A DNA stretch of 36,310 nt. It comes from Candidatus Bipolaricaulia bacterium. Lineage in GTDB: Bacteria; Bipolaricaulota; Bipolaricaulia; RBG-16-55-9. Under the pieces are notes generated by a model. It had not been told where the DNA came from and did no database searches. It worked only from the letters and a program-made list of their open reading frames with translations. Each line of letters begins with the position of its first letter. Positions within the stretch are counted from its first letter, which is position 1. A program made the translations under genes and the position numbers. This document shows positions 1 to 8,801 of the stretch, piece by piece. Location of the stretch: the NCBI GenBank assembly GCA_042219045.1, contig JBDGQO010000015.1, positions 1,402-37,711 on the forward strand, in the 5' to 3' direction.

Positions 1-1
1 G

Positions 2-1066
2 CGAACGCCGCTCTATGAGCACCATCGGCAGCTCGGGGCCAAGCTCGTCGACTTCAACGGCTGGGAGATGCCGCTGCAATACGCGGGCATCATCGAGGAG
101 CATCACGCCGTCCGTGACAACATTGGCGTCTTTGACGTCAGCCACATGGGCCAGATCGAGGTCTCGGGCGCCGGGGCGCTCGAGCTCGTCGAGTATCTGG
201 TGCCGAACGCCATCGGTTCATTGGACGTCGACCAGGCCCGTTACACCCAGCTCTGCGACGCCGAGGGCGGGACGCTCGACGACCTGCTCGTCTATCGGCT
301 CCCCGATCGGTATCTGCTCGTCGTCAACGCGGGCACCAAGGACGACGATGTCGAATGGGTCAAGCGCCACGCGACGGCGTTCGAAGACGTCAGCGTACGG
401 GACGCCAGCTCCGCCTACGCCATGGTCGCCGTGCAGGGCCCCGATGCGGAATCCGTGTTGCGCGAGCACATCCAGGCCGATCTCTCGCGCCTGACGCTCT
501 TTCGAGCGGTCGAAACAGAGTTGGAAAAGGAGCCCGTGATCATCTCGCGCACGGGCTACACGGGCGAGGACGGCTTCGAGATCATGGGGCCTTCCGAGGC
601 GGTCGTATCGCTCTGGAAGGCCCTCATGAAAGCCGAGGCGACGCCCATTGGCTTGGGCGCCCGGGACACGCTGCGCTTGGAGGCCGCGCTGCCGCTGTAC
701 GGCCACGAACTGGACGAGGACACGACGCCCGTCGAGGCGGGCCTCGGCTGGAGCGTGAAGGACAAGGACGCAGACTATCTCGGCAAGGACGTCTTGCTGC
801 GCCAAAAGCGCGAGGGCGGGCGCAAGTGCCTGGTCGGCTTCCGCATGATCGACCGTGGGGTGCCGCGCGAGGGCTATGCGCTCTATCGCGAGGGAGGCGA
901 AGCCGGCTACGTCACCAGCGGCATCAAGTCGCCCACGCTGGACGACTTTCTCGGCATGGGCTATCTCGAAGGTTCCGAGAAGCCGTCGGAAGGAACCGAG
1001 ATCGAGGTGGCCATGCGCGGGAAACGCCGCCGGGCCGAGGTCGTCAAGCTGCCCTTCTATCGCTGA
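2..1066 (+). CDS. gcvT: Glycine cleavage system aminomethyltransferase T (5' truncated by window edge)
   Basis: The frame is open from base 2 (RTPLYEHHRQLGAKLVDFNGWEMPLQY). Motifs: FDVSHMG, SRTGYTGEDGFE, GLGARDTLRLEA, terminal KLPFY. Confidence 0.96.
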   Translation, partial: RTPLYEHHRQLGAKLVDFNGWEMPLQYAGIIEEHHAVRDNIGVFDVSHMGQIEVSGAGALELVEYLVPNAIGSLDVDQARYTQLCDAEGGTLDDLLVYRLPDRYLLVVNAGTKDDDVEWVKRHATAFEDVSVRDASSAYAMVAVQGPDAESVLREHIQADLSRLTLFRAVETELEKEPVIISRTGYTGEDGFEIMGPSEAVVSLWKALMKAEATPIGLGARDTLRLEAALPLYGHELDEDTTPVEAGLGWSVKDKDADYLGKDVLLRQKREGGRKCLVGFRMIDRGVPREGYALYREGGEAGYVTSGIKSPTLDDFLGMGYLEGSEKPSEGTEIEVAMRGKRRRAEVVKLPFYR

Positions 1067-1069
1067 TCC

Positions 1070-1266
1070 GAACGGGGATTGGCGGCCGACCGGCGTCGGG
1101 ACGCACTCTCCCAACAATGCGCAGGCCCTTGACCAACGGCCATGCCGTGTGGGTCTCCATCCGGCACGAGCTGCCGATCCACGCCATGCGGCCTTGGTTC
1201 AAGGGCCTACGTTGCCCCCTCACCCGTGTCAGGAGGTCGCCCCGTCAGGTGTATCCAAAATACGCT
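1070..1266 (-). ncRNA. Candidate structured ncRNA, possibly 6S RNA (boundaries approximate)
   Basis: About 195 nt of intergenic sequence folds into an imperfect rod: AGGCCCTTGAACCAAGGCC pairs with GGCCGTTGGTCAAGGGCCT, with an inner GTGG...GAGACCCAC. A sigma70-like promoter lies just upstream. Confidence 0.4.
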
Positions 1267-1272
1267 GAACAT

Positions 1273-1301
1273 AACATGGCATAAATGCCGGGCCAAGTCA
1301 A
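1273..1301 (-). promoter_or_regulatory. Putative sigma70 promoter for the candidate ncRNA
   Basis: TTGACT-17 bp-CATGTT with a TGn extension on the minus strand. Confidence 0.4.
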
Positions 1302-1365
1302 TGGGGAGGCTCGACACCAGCAGGCCGTCGGGGGAATCTGGCCGCCGGGGCTCGAGCGACGGGCC

Positions 1366-2862
1366 CTAGGGGAAGATCCCGAGCTGCTCGTAGGCCTCGC
1401 CGACCTTGTCGATGGCGTCGATGAAGGCGGCCGTGCGCAGGTCGATCTCGTCGTCGTAGCGGCGCTGAATCTCGCGGATCTCGCGATAGGCGTCGACCAT
1501 CGACTCCTCGAGGCCGCTGTCGACCAGTTCCGTCTCGCCCGGGCCCTGCGCCACCTTGGCGATGGTTTCTGCGTCGAACTGCTTCTCCACCAGGCCTTCA
1601 ACGGCTTCCATGAGGCTGCGGTTGGCGCTCTCCTCGAAGCGCTTGCCCAGCCGCCCGAAGCGCACGTGCGATAGATTCTTGAGCCATTCGAAGTAGGAGA
1701 CCGTCACGCCGCCGGCGTTGAGATAGAGATCCGGCACGACGATGACCTCGCGCTCGTGCAGGATGTCGTTCGCCTCCGCCGTGACCGGGCCGTTTGCCGC
1801 CTCGCCGATGACCTTGGCCTGGATCTGCGATGCGTTGTCGCCCGTGACGACGTTCTCCAGCGCGGCCGGGACGAGGATGTCGCAGTCGAGCGTCAAGGCC
1901 TCCGTGGGATCGGCGATGTTCTCCGCACCGGGGAAGTCGAGGATTTTCCCATGGGTCTTGCGGTGTTGCACGATCTCGTCGACGTCGATGCCGTTCGGGT
2001 CGTGAATGGCGCCCTCGATCTCGGCCAGACCGACGACGATCGCTCCGCCCTCTTGGAGGTACTTGGCCGCGTGGTAGCCGACGTTGCCGAGGCCCTGGAT
2101 GACGACGCGCTTGCCCTCGAGGCCTGTCGCCAGGTGGCGTTGTGCCATGTCCTCGCTGTCGTTGCACGCCTCGCGCAGGCCGAAGAAGACTCCCTGGCCG
2201 GTCGCTTCCACGCGGCCGCGGACGCCGCCCTGGCTGATGGGCTTGCCCGTCACGGACCCGATGGAGTCCAGCTGGCCGTGGGCGACCATGTTGTAGGTGT
2301 CGAGGAGCCAGGCCATCTCCTGTTGGCTGGTGCCGTAGTCGGGCGCGGGGACGTCGAGGCCGGGCCCCATGAGGTTCTTGCGATAGAGCTCGTAGGCGTA
2401 GCGTCGTGTGAGGCGCTCCAGCTCCCGCTGGGAGTACTGCGTCCGGTCGACGCGGACGCCGCCCTTGGCGCCGCCGAAGGGGACGTTGACCAGCGCGCAC
2501 TTGAACGTCATCAGGCTGGAGAGCGCGATCACCTCGTCCTCGGTGACGGTGAGGCTATAGCGGACGCCGCCCTTGGTGGGCAGTTTGTGGTGGCTGTGTT
2601 GCGCGCGCCAGCCCTCGACGACCTCGATGGAGCCGTCGTCGCGCTGCAGCGGAAACGTCATGCGATAAATGCCGTTGCAGACTTTAATCTGGTCCAGAAT
2701 GCCTTGGGCGCAGTCGGTGTAGGCCGCGGCCTTGTCGAAGCTCGCGTTGACCTGATCGAGGAACGTGGAGGCGGTTCGGTCTTCGGTGGCGCCGAGGCTC
2801 CGGGCGCCGTCGCGTTGGCCGGACGCGGTGTCGCTGGAACTCGCTGAATGGGTTGCGGACAT
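1366..2862 (-). CDS. gdhA: Glu/Leu/Phe/Val dehydrogenase family, glutamate dehydrogenase (498 aa)
   Basis: PTKGGVRY, KCALVNVPFGGAKGG, DVPAPD, QGLGNVG, EAANGP, NAGGVTVSYFEW. The ATG at 2862 follows GGAGGAGG. Confidence 0.93.
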   Translation of the reverse strand: MSATHSASSSDTASGQRDGARSLGATEDRTASTFLDQVNASFDKAAAYTDCAQGILDQIKVCNGIYRMTFPLQRDDGSIEVVEGWRAQHSHHKLPTKGGVRYSLTVTEDEVIALSSLMTFKCALVNVPFGGAKGGVRVDRTQYSQRELERLTRRYAYELYRKNLMGPGLDVPAPDYGTSQQEMAWLLDTYNMVAHGQLDSIGSVTGKPISQGGVRGRVEATGQGVFFGLREACNDSEDMAQRHLATGLEGKRVVIQGLGNVGYHAAKYLQEGGAIVVGLAEIEGAIHDPNGIDVDEIVQHRKTHGKILDFPGAENIADPTEALTLDCDILVPAALENVVTGDNASQIQAKVIGEAANGPVTAEANDILHEREVIVVPDLYLNAGGVTVSYFEWLKNLSHVRFGRLGKRFEESANRSLMEAVEGLVEKQFDAETIAKVAQGPGETELVDSGLEESMVDAYREIREIQRRYDDEIDLRTAAFIDAIDKVGEAYEQLGIFP

Positions 2863-2980
2863 GGCATCCTCCTCCGTGAGTCGTCGGAGGCAAGTGTAAC
2901 GCGACTGCGATAGTGGACCAAGCCGGTCCTCATACGCGTCGTCTGTCGATTTGAGGGACGCTCGCGAACGGGACGCCCAG

Positions 2981-3295
2981 TCAGTCGTCGGCCGCGTTGA
3001 GGGCACGCTGAATGATCGCCTGGCCGCGCTCGATCAGGTCGAAGTGGGCGATGCCCTGGGCCTCCAGCTCGGCGGCGAACGCCTCCAGGGCCATCTCGGT
3101 GACTTCCGCGGCGCGGTCTTGAGGGGGCGTGTACTTGGGATCGAACTCGAACTGCAGGTCGACGTCGTCGTCCTCGCGGCGGGCGGCCATGACGTAGACG
3201 AGGAAGACCGCGTCGTCCTCGACGATCACCTCGCCGTGGGCCAGGTGGTCCGGTCGTTCCGAAAGATGGCGCAGGCTGAGCACGCGGGCCTGCAT
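2981..3295 (-). CDS. Small acidic hypothetical protein (104 aa)
   Basis: MQARVLSLRHLSE...ALNAADD, with a CAGGAGG RBS and host-like codon usage. It is the 3' part of ORF 2981..3838. Confidence 0.75.
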   Translation of the reverse strand: MQARVLSLRHLSERPDHLAHGEVIVEDDAVFLVYVMAARREDDDVDLQFEFDPKYTPPQDRAAEVTEMALEAFAAELEAQGIAHFDLIERGQAIIQRALNAADD

Positions 3296-3425
3296 GAATC
3301 CTCCTGTCTTCGTCGTGGGAGCTATAATATGATTGGTCCCAGTTTGCGTCAGACGTGGGGCTTTGCCTATGACGGTCGTCAGGCGGGGGATCGGCACGGA
3401 GCTTGCGGGCAACGAGGTCGCGGGC

Positions 3426-4424
3426 TCAGGCGTGGACCTCCAGGACGTCGCCGTCGGCGATTTCATGGGCCCGCTCCACGCGCTGGCCGTCGTACTCCGC
3501 CGACCCCCAAATCCGGGCGAAGTCCAAGTTCTCCGCGAACTCTCGATGGATCGCTCGCGCGGCGTCGATGACGGTGCTGCCGCGTTCCAGAATATAGGGC
3601 GTGTCCATCGACGGGGCCTGTCCCGGCTTCTTGGAGTAGACGCGCACCACGCGCAACAGGGCGAACAGCGCCCGACGCAGCTCCTCGGTCCCCTCTTCGA
3701 CGGGGGCCGTGACGGGGACCATCGGGTAGTCGGCGCCATAGCTATCCTGCAAGGAGCTGAAGTGCGCGCGGCTCTCGTCGAGGTCGCCCTTGGTGGCGAT
3801 GACGAGCGTCTTCTTGACCGCCGTCGATCCCATCTCATCGGCCTCGGGATGGGACGGGCCGACGAGCCGGATCTTGTTCTCCGCCAGTCGGTCCAAGATC
3901 ATGGCGATGTCGGTGGCCGCGTCGTCGCTGCCGAGGTCGACGACGAGCCCAATGGCGTCGGCCTGGCGGATCAGATTGAAGGTCCAGCCCTCGGTGAACT
4001 CGCTTAGAGGCGGAAGGTCGAGCAGCTGGATCTGGATGTCCTCGTAGGGGGCCATGCCGATGGTCGGCTCGAACGTCGAGTAGGGGTACTCCGCGACCTC
4101 GGGCTCGGCGTTGGTCAGCATGTCAACCAGCGTCGACTTGCCAGAATTGGGCAGCCCGACCAGCACGACTTGGCCGGCGCCCTCGCGCTCGACGTGGTCC
4201 CACGGGTGCGATCCGGCGCCGCCCTTGGCCTGCTGTTCCTTCTGTTTCTTCTGTTCCAGCTTCTTGAGGCGCTGTTTCAGGTCGACGCGCAGGCGCTCCG
4301 TCCCCTTGTGCTTGGGGACAAGCGACAACATCTCGCGGAGCCACTTGATCTTCTGTTCGGCGCTGTTGGCGGCCCGGAAGTTCTCCTCGGCCTCTTTGTA
4401 TTCGGGCGGCAGATTCGCGGGCAT
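3426..4424 (-). CDS. DRG/Rbg-like OBG-family GTPase with C-terminal TGS domain
   Basis: N-terminal MPANLPPEY..PKHKGTE; G1 GLPNSGKS; YPYST; DLPP; TKGD; TGS region IHREFAENLDFARIWGS...DGDVLEVH. Confidence 0.9.
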   Translation of the reverse strand: MPANLPPEYKEAEENFRAANSAEQKIKWLREMLSLVPKHKGTERLRVDLKQRLKKLEQKKQKEQQAKGGAGSHPWDHVEREGAGQVVLVGLPNSGKSTLVDMLTNAEPEVAEYPYSTFEPTIGMAPYEDIQIQLLDLPPLSEFTEGWTFNLIRQADAIGLVVDLGSDDAATDIAMILDRLAENKIRLVGPSHPEADEMGSTAVKKTLVIATKGDLDESRAHFSSLQDSYGADYPMVPVTAPVEEGTEELRRALFALLRVVRVYSKKPGQAPSMDTPYILERGSTVIDAARAIHREFAENLDFARIWGSAEYDGQRVERAHEIADGDVLEVHA

Positions 4425-4480
4425 GGGTTATCCTTCCGGGATTATACAGTCCCGTTCGGGGGCTCTCATCCATCGGATGC

Positions 4481-4825
4481 TTATAGGTCAAGTATCAACC
4501 GCAGTCCGCGATTGACGGATTCCACTTTGTCAGGGGGAACGACGTCGACCCGCTCAGCCAATCGGGACCGATCCATGCTCAGAATTTGGGAGATGTTGAC
4601 GACGGAATCCTTCGGGAGTCCGCTTTCATCGCTGCTGATCTGCACGTTTCCGGGGGCCTGGGCCAAGCGAAGGTTTGACGTGAGGGCGACAACGATGACG
4701 TTGCGTAGCTTGCTCCGATTGAACGCGTCTGCTTGGACGATCAGGACGGGGCGTCGGAAACCGGGCTCGCAAGCGTTCGGCCTGCTGGAAAGGCTCGCCT
4801 ACCAGATCTCGCCGCGTCGGATCAC
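4481..4825 (-). pseudogene. MazF/PemK-family toxin interrupted by an in-frame TAG at codon 9
   Basis: The GTG start overlaps the antitoxin stop. It reads MIRRGEIW*ASLSSRPNACEPGFRRPVLIVQADAFNRSKLRNVIVVALTSNLRLAQAPGNV...SGLPKDSVVNISQILSMDRSRL, with TAG at 4799-4801. Confidence 0.88.
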
Positions 4826-5061
4826 CCCTCCTCCGGGTCGATCGTCTCGCACTGGACGCGTTCGAGGGCCGGATCGAGCGAGCTCGCCTCATGGCTGTAG
4901 ATCTCGTTCAGAAGCTCCGTGATGCGTTCGGAACCATGCCGTTGCAGATACGCCTCGAGGGCGGTCCGGAACAGCTCGCTGCGACTCATGCCGAGCTGCT
5001 GAGCCATCCGGTCGGCGTCCTTGAACAGCTCGTCAGGAAGCGAGATCGCCGTCTTCATCAC
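4822..5061 (-). CDS. Ribbon-helix-helix (CopG/ChpI-like) antitoxin
   Basis: MKTAISLPDELF...MSRSELFRTALEAYL followed by an acidic tail. It lies directly upstream of and overlaps the PemK/MazF gene. Confidence 0.88.
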   Translation of the reverse strand: MMKTAISLPDELFKDADRMAQQLGMSRSELFRTALEAYLQRHGSERITELLNEIYSHEASSLDPALERVQCETIDPEEG

Positions 5062-5066
5062 GCCCG

Positions 5067-5087
5067 GAGTATAACGCGGTTATACTC
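5067..5087. promoter_or_regulatory. Palindromic operator overlapping the TA promoter
   Basis: Perfect 9-bp inverted repeat GAGTATAAC-GCG-GTTATACTC. It contains the minus-strand -10 TATACT 6 nt before the antitoxin GTG. Confidence 0.75.
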
Positions 5088-5110
5088 TTCCTCAAGCCTG
5101 GTTGCCCCAA

Positions 5111-5139
5111 TTGAGGCCGGGCGAGCCACGACCTATAAT
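5111..5139 (+). promoter_or_regulatory. sigma70-type promoter of rtcB-folE
   Basis: TTGAGG-17 bp-TATAAT. Confidence 0.6.
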
Positions 5140-5213
5140 GCCCGTCGTGGGGTCGCATTTCGGGCCGTGACGGGCGGCGTTTTGTCCCGATCTGATCATG
5201 GGAGAGGCCGCAA

Positions 5214-8192
5214 ATGGCCAACGTGGAACTGAACCAGCTCTCCGAGCACGTCTGGGAGATCCCGCCGAGCGGAGGGATGCGCGTCCCCGCTCGGGTCTAC
5301 GCCAGCGACGGGCTTCTCGGCAAGATTCGCAGCGACCTGACGCTGAAACAGCTCATTAACGCCACGCATCTTCCGGGAATTCACAAATTCGGCCTGGCCT
5401 TGCCCGATGCCCACCAGGGCTACGGCTTCCCCGTCGGCGGCGTGGCCGCGCTCGACGCCGAACACGGCGCGATATCGCCCGGGGCGATCGGCTTCGATAT
5501 CAACTGCCTTTCCGGCGATACCACGATCCTCCATCGGGATGGCTACTACCAACCGATTGCGAACATGGAGGCCAACTGGGGAGACAGCCCTCTGTTGTGC
5601 CAGGATTTTGAAGAGCAAGTTCCAACCCGGACGAAGGCCATTCGCTACTTCAAGCAACGGCCGCATCGGCGCGTCTATCGCATCCGAACGGAAGCCGGTC
5701 ATGAGGCCAAAGCGACAGCGGATCATCCGTTTTGGACACCGGACGGCATGACAGAACTGCGCCAGTTGGAGCAAAGGGACAAGGTCGCGGTCCACCCCTT
5801 CCAGGGGGTGCCCTACGAGGCGCCATCGGATGACGTTCTTGTCGATGCGTCCACGTTAGATCCCTGGCTGAAGCATTTTGGCAAGGGGGCGGCAGGCCAC
5901 GCACGAACGCAGATCCTCAACCAACTGAGGAAACGGGACCTTCTGCCACTGAAGCGCACATCGCCGCACTTGCCGGCCTTGGTCCGGCTGTTGGGGTTCG
6001 TCTTTGGCGACGGGTCCGTTTCGTTCGGAAACGATACCCAGCAAGGGCAGGTCAAGTTCTATGCACGCCCTGAGGATTTGGCACCGATTCGCGAGGATAT
6101 TAGCGCTTTGGGCTTCAGTCCCGGACAGATCTACACGCGAGATCGCCATCACCAGATTCCCACTCCCTACGGCGGTTCAGAGTTCGACTGTCAGGAGACA
6201 AGTATCGCTATGGCGAGTACGGCCTTTGCGCTGCTCTTGGTGGCACTCGGGGCGCCTTATGGATCCAAGGCAGCGCAAGACTATCGCGTCCCTCAGTGGC
6301 TCTTCGACGGACCACGTTGGCACAAACGGCTCTTTCTCGCGTCACTGTTCGGCGCTGAACTGAGCAAGCCAGCCACGATGACCGATCATGACTATACCTT
6401 CTACATGCCTGTGCTTTCGCTCAACAAACACGAAGGTTTCATGGAAAGCGGGCGAACGTTCCTGGAGGATATTGCTACGCTTCTGGAAGATTTCGGAGTT
6501 GCGGCGAACGCGATTCGGTGTCGTGAGGAAAAGCGGAATGACCAGGGAGACCGGACCTATCGCTGGCGCTTGGTTTTATCTGGGCAAAGCGGAAACCTAG
6601 TTCGGCTTTGGCGCCAAGTCGGGGTTGAATACAATCGAAAGCGAAGCGCGCTGGCCTCAACAGCCGCTCAATACTTAATGTTGAAGCAGGCAGCGCTCGA
6701 TGCACGGCAATGGTCAGCCCAGCGGGCACCGGAACTTCAAGCTGCGGGGATGTCACCGTCCTGTATCTATGAGGAGCTTGAGGGATCGTTTGTCAATCGT
6801 CGCTTTCTGGAACGATCGCTCTACTCGCCGAGAAAGTCGGACGTGCGAATTGCGCAAAGTTTCCCGTCTTTCCAGGAGTTTACCGACGAGGCGACAGCCG
6901 GATTGGGCACAAGTGGCATGGTCTGGGATCGCATTGTATCGATCGAACCATTGGATGAATTCAACGAGGATGTCTACGACTTCACCGTCGACCATCCGGA
7001 TCACAACTTCATTGCCAACGGCTTTGTCGTGTCCAACTGCGGCGTTCGTCTCTGTCGGACGAACTTGAACCTCGAGGAGCTGCGCGGCAAGGAGCACGAC
7101 CTCGTCGAGGCCCTGTTCCGGATGGTGCCCACCGGCATCGGAAAGGGCAGCGCCGCCGGCGAGCTCTCCAACGCCGAGATCGAGGACGTCGCTCGCGAGG
7201 GCGTCCGCTGGGCCGTTCGGAACGGCTACGGCGTCGACGACGACCTGGCGCATTGCGAGGACGAGGGCGTGCGGCCGGGTGCCGATCCCCAGATGCTCTC
7301 CGGAGACGCCAAGGACCGCGGGCGCGTCCAGTTGGGATCGCTGGGGTCCGGCAACCACTTCCTGGAGGTCCAGCGCGTGGCGGAGGTCTTCGACGAGGCG
7401 ACCGCCGCCGCCTATGGCCTGTCCGAGGATCAAGTCGTCCTGCTCATCCACTGTGGCTCGCGCGGGTTCGGCCACCAGATCTGTGTCGACTACCTGGGGC
7501 GCGTGGAGAGCGAGCACCGCGACCTGATCAACCGCCTGCCGGACCGCGAGCTGGCGTGCGCGCCTGCACAGAGCGCGGCGGCGCACGACTACTACCGCGC
7601 CATGAACTGCGCGATCAACTACGCCTGGGCGAATCGCCAGGTCATCATGCACCAGGCTCGGGAGGCGTTCCGCCGGGTGTTCCGCGATCACTGGCGCAAC
7701 CTCGGCATGGAGCTGCTCTACGACGTCGCCCACAACATCGGCAAGCGGGAAGTCCACCGGGTCAACGGCCACGAGCGGGCGGTCTACGTGCACCGCAAGG
7801 GGGCCACGCGCGCGTTCCCGGCGGGCCGGCCGGAGCTGCCGCGTGCCTATCGCGACGTGGGTCAGCCCGTGCTCATTCCGGGCTCAATGGGGACGAGCTC
7901 CTATGTGCTCAAGGGCCAGGAGCGCTCGCTCGACCTGTCGTTCGGGTCGGCGGCCCACGGCGCGGGGCGGTTGATGTCGCGCAAACAGGCGAAAAAGCGC
8001 TGGCGCGCCGAGCAGCTCGCCGACGAGCTGTTGGACCAGGGCGTGCTGGTGCGCGGACGGAGCAAGCGCACGATCTCGGAGGAGGCGCCCGGGGCGTACA
8101 AAAACTCCGACGAGGTCGTCGAGGTCTCGCATCAGGTCGGCGTGGCGAGCAAGGTGGCTCGCTTGATGCCGGTCTGCAACGTCAAAGGATAA
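5214..8192 (+). CDS. rtcB: RNA ligase RtcB, intein-containing precursor (992 aa; 481 aa after splicing)
   Basis: PDAHQGYGFPVGG, GFDIN|CGVR after splicing, GSLGSGNHFLE, IHCGSRG, DVAHN, HRKGATRA, IPGSMG, HGAGR, EEAPGAYK. Confidence 0.97.
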   Translation: MANVELNQLSEHVWEIPPSGGMRVPARVYASDGLLGKIRSDLTLKQLINATHLPGIHKFGLALPDAHQGYGFPVGGVAALDAEHGAISPGAIGFDINCLSGDTTILHRDGYYQPIANMEANWGDSPLLCQDFEEQVPTRTKAIRYFKQRPHRRVYRIRTEAGHEAKATADHPFWTPDGMTELRQLEQRDKVAVHPFQGVPYEAPSDDVLVDASTLDPWLKHFGKGAAGHARTQILNQLRKRDLLPLKRTSPHLPALVRLLGFVFGDGSVSFGNDTQQGQVKFYARPEDLAPIREDISALGFSPGQIYTRDRHHQIPTPYGGSEFDCQETSIAMASTAFALLLVALGAPYGSKAAQDYRVPQWLFDGPRWHKRLFLASLFGAELSKPATMTDHDYTFYMPVLSLNKHEGFMESGRTFLEDIATLLEDFGVAANAIRCREEKRNDQGDRTYRWRLVLSGQSGNLVRLWRQVGVEYNRKRSALASTAAQYLMLKQAALDARQWSAQRAPELQAAGMSPSCIYEELEGSFVNRRFLERSLYSPRKSDVRIAQSFPSFQEFTDEATAGLGTSGMVWDRIVSIEPLDEFNEDVYDFTVDHPDHNFIANGFVVSNCGVRLCRTNLNLEELRGKEHDLVEALFRMVPTGIGKGSAAGELSNAEIEDVAREGVRWAVRNGYGVDDDLAHCEDEGVRPGADPQMLSGDAKDRGRVQLGSLGSGNHFLEVQRVAEVFDEATAAAYGLSEDQVVLLIHCGSRGFGHQICVDYLGRVESEHRDLINRLPDRELACAPAQSAAAHDYYRAMNCAINYAWANRQVIMHQAREAFRRVFRDHWRNLGMELLYDVAHNIGKREVHRVNGHERAVYVHRKGATRAFPAGRPELPRAYRDVGQPVLIPGSMGTSSYVLKGQERSLDLSFGSAAHGAGRLMSRKQAKKRWRAEQLADELLDQGVLVRGRSKRTISEEAPGAYKNSDEVVEVSHQVGVASKVARLMPVCNVKG
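5505..7037 (+). mobile_element. Intein (511 aa) with LAGLIDADG-type homing endonuclease
   Basis: Block A CLSGDT; block B KATADHPF; LLGFVFGDG and FLASLFGAE endonuclease motifs; VYDFTV..HNFIANGFVVSN followed by extein Cys+1. Visibly lower GC than the exteins. Confidence 0.95.
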
Positions 8193-8195
8193 GCG

Positions 8196-8801
8196 ATGGC
8201 AACCCCCGCATGGACGACCGACGCCGACGGGTTCGATCGCCAGTCCGTCCACGACCTCGTGCGCCAGCTGTTGGAGCAGTTCGGCGAGGACCCCGACCGC
8301 GAGGGACTGGCCGAAACGCCGCGGCGCGTGGCGGAGATGTACGGCGAGCTCACCTCGGGGTATCGGCGCGATCCCTACGAGCTCATCGGCGACGCGGTCT
8401 TCAACGTCGACTACGACTCCATGGTCGTCGTCAAGGACATCGAGTTTTACAGCCTCTGCGAGCACCACGTGGTCCCGTTCTACGGCCACGTTCATGTGGG
8501 CTACATCCCGGAAGGGCGCGTCATCGGCGCGAGCAAGGTCCCGCGGGTGATCGATCACTTCGCGCGGCGGCTTCAGCTGCAGGAGCGCATGACCGAGCAG
8601 ATCGCCCAGTTCCTGGAAGAAGCCATTGAGCCACGAGGGCTCGGCGTCGTCGCCGAGGGGATCCATCTCTGCATGGCGATGCGCGGCGTGCAGAAACAGG
8701 ACACCCGCATGGTCACCAGCGCCATGACGGGCGCCTTCCGCAAGGACCCGAAGACGCGCACGGAATTCCTCCAGTTCATGGACCGGCGCATGCCGAACTA
8801 G
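8196..8801 (+). CDS. folE: GTP cyclohydrolase I
   Basis: REGLAETPRRVA, SLCEHH, RRLQLQERMT, HLCMAMRGV. Confidence 0.96.
   Translation: MATPAWTTDADGFDRQSVHDLVRQLLEQFGEDPDREGLAETPRRVAEMYGELTSGYRRDPYELIGDAVFNVDYDSMVVVKDIEFYSLCEHHVVPFYGHVHVGYIPEGRVIGASKVPRVIDHFARRLQLQERMTEQIAQFLEEAIEPRGLGVVAEGIHLCMAMRGVQKQDTRMVTSAMTGAFRKDPKTRTEFLQFMDRRMPN

Noticed and set aside
1125..1300. Resemblance to IscB omegaRNA/HEARO (TTGACCA, CTACGTT words)
   Set aside because: There is no adjacent IscB/TnpB/HNH gene, and the words are accounted for by the local hairpin.
4799..4801. Amber recoding or pyrrolysine in MazF
   Set aside because: TAG terminates many genes in the window at their expected ends, and no pyl genes are visible.
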